A stretch of DNA of 37,137 bases from the NCBI GenBank assembly GCA_011364975.1, contig RDOE01000032.1, positions 1-37,137 of the forward strand, read 5' to 3'. The notes under the pieces were generated by a model. It had not been told where the DNA came from. It made no database searches and saw nothing but the letters and a program-made list of their open reading frames with translations. Positions 37,136 through 37,137 of the stretch are shown in pieces. This stretch comes from Promethearchaeota archaeon. Lineage in GTDB: Archaea > Asgardarchaeota > Lokiarchaeia > Sigyniarchaeales > SOKP01. Numbering within the stretch: position 1 is the first letter of the stretch; the number at the start of each line of letters is the position of its first letter. The position numbers were made by a program, and so were the translations under genes.

Positions 37136-37137
37136 TA

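Noticed and set aside
1-37137. CRISPR arrays, tRNA/rRNA genes, transposases or integrases
   Set aside because: No regularly spaced direct repeats, cloverleaf or rRNA-like segments, or recombinase motifs were seen by eye.

Overview
AT-rich archaeal genomic segment, most consistent with an Asgard archaeon of the Lokiarchaeia type. This is inferred from two Rab/Ras-like small GTPases, a proteasome alpha gene, PolB2, a TrmB-type regulator, tandem acyl-CoA ligases and archaeal TATA promoters. The window holds about 28 protein genes or gene remnants. These include metabolic genes (NPP-type phosphodiesterase, thioesterase, two Fe-S proteins, a PLP aminotransferase, three fatty-acid-CoA ligases, a sirtuin) and a giant polytopic membrane protein. 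A PolB2 / arCOG07300-like / inactive RadA-like cassette is split by a SIR2-TPR gene and a DUF3795 gene, and the proteasome alpha gene is frameshifted. The strongest unexplained signals are two intergenic, highly base-paired minus-strand elements, each starting about 25 nt downstream of a TATA box. One is a ~270-nt multi-branched RNA at 19462-19727 with UUCG and GNRA tetraloops; the other is a ~205-nt three-way-junction leader at 6817-7021. Also found outside the ORF track: a 44-aa four-Cys protein, a 56-aa ORF, an MFS pseudogene remnant and a perfect 24-bp palindrome. All structures were folded by eye and no database searches were run.
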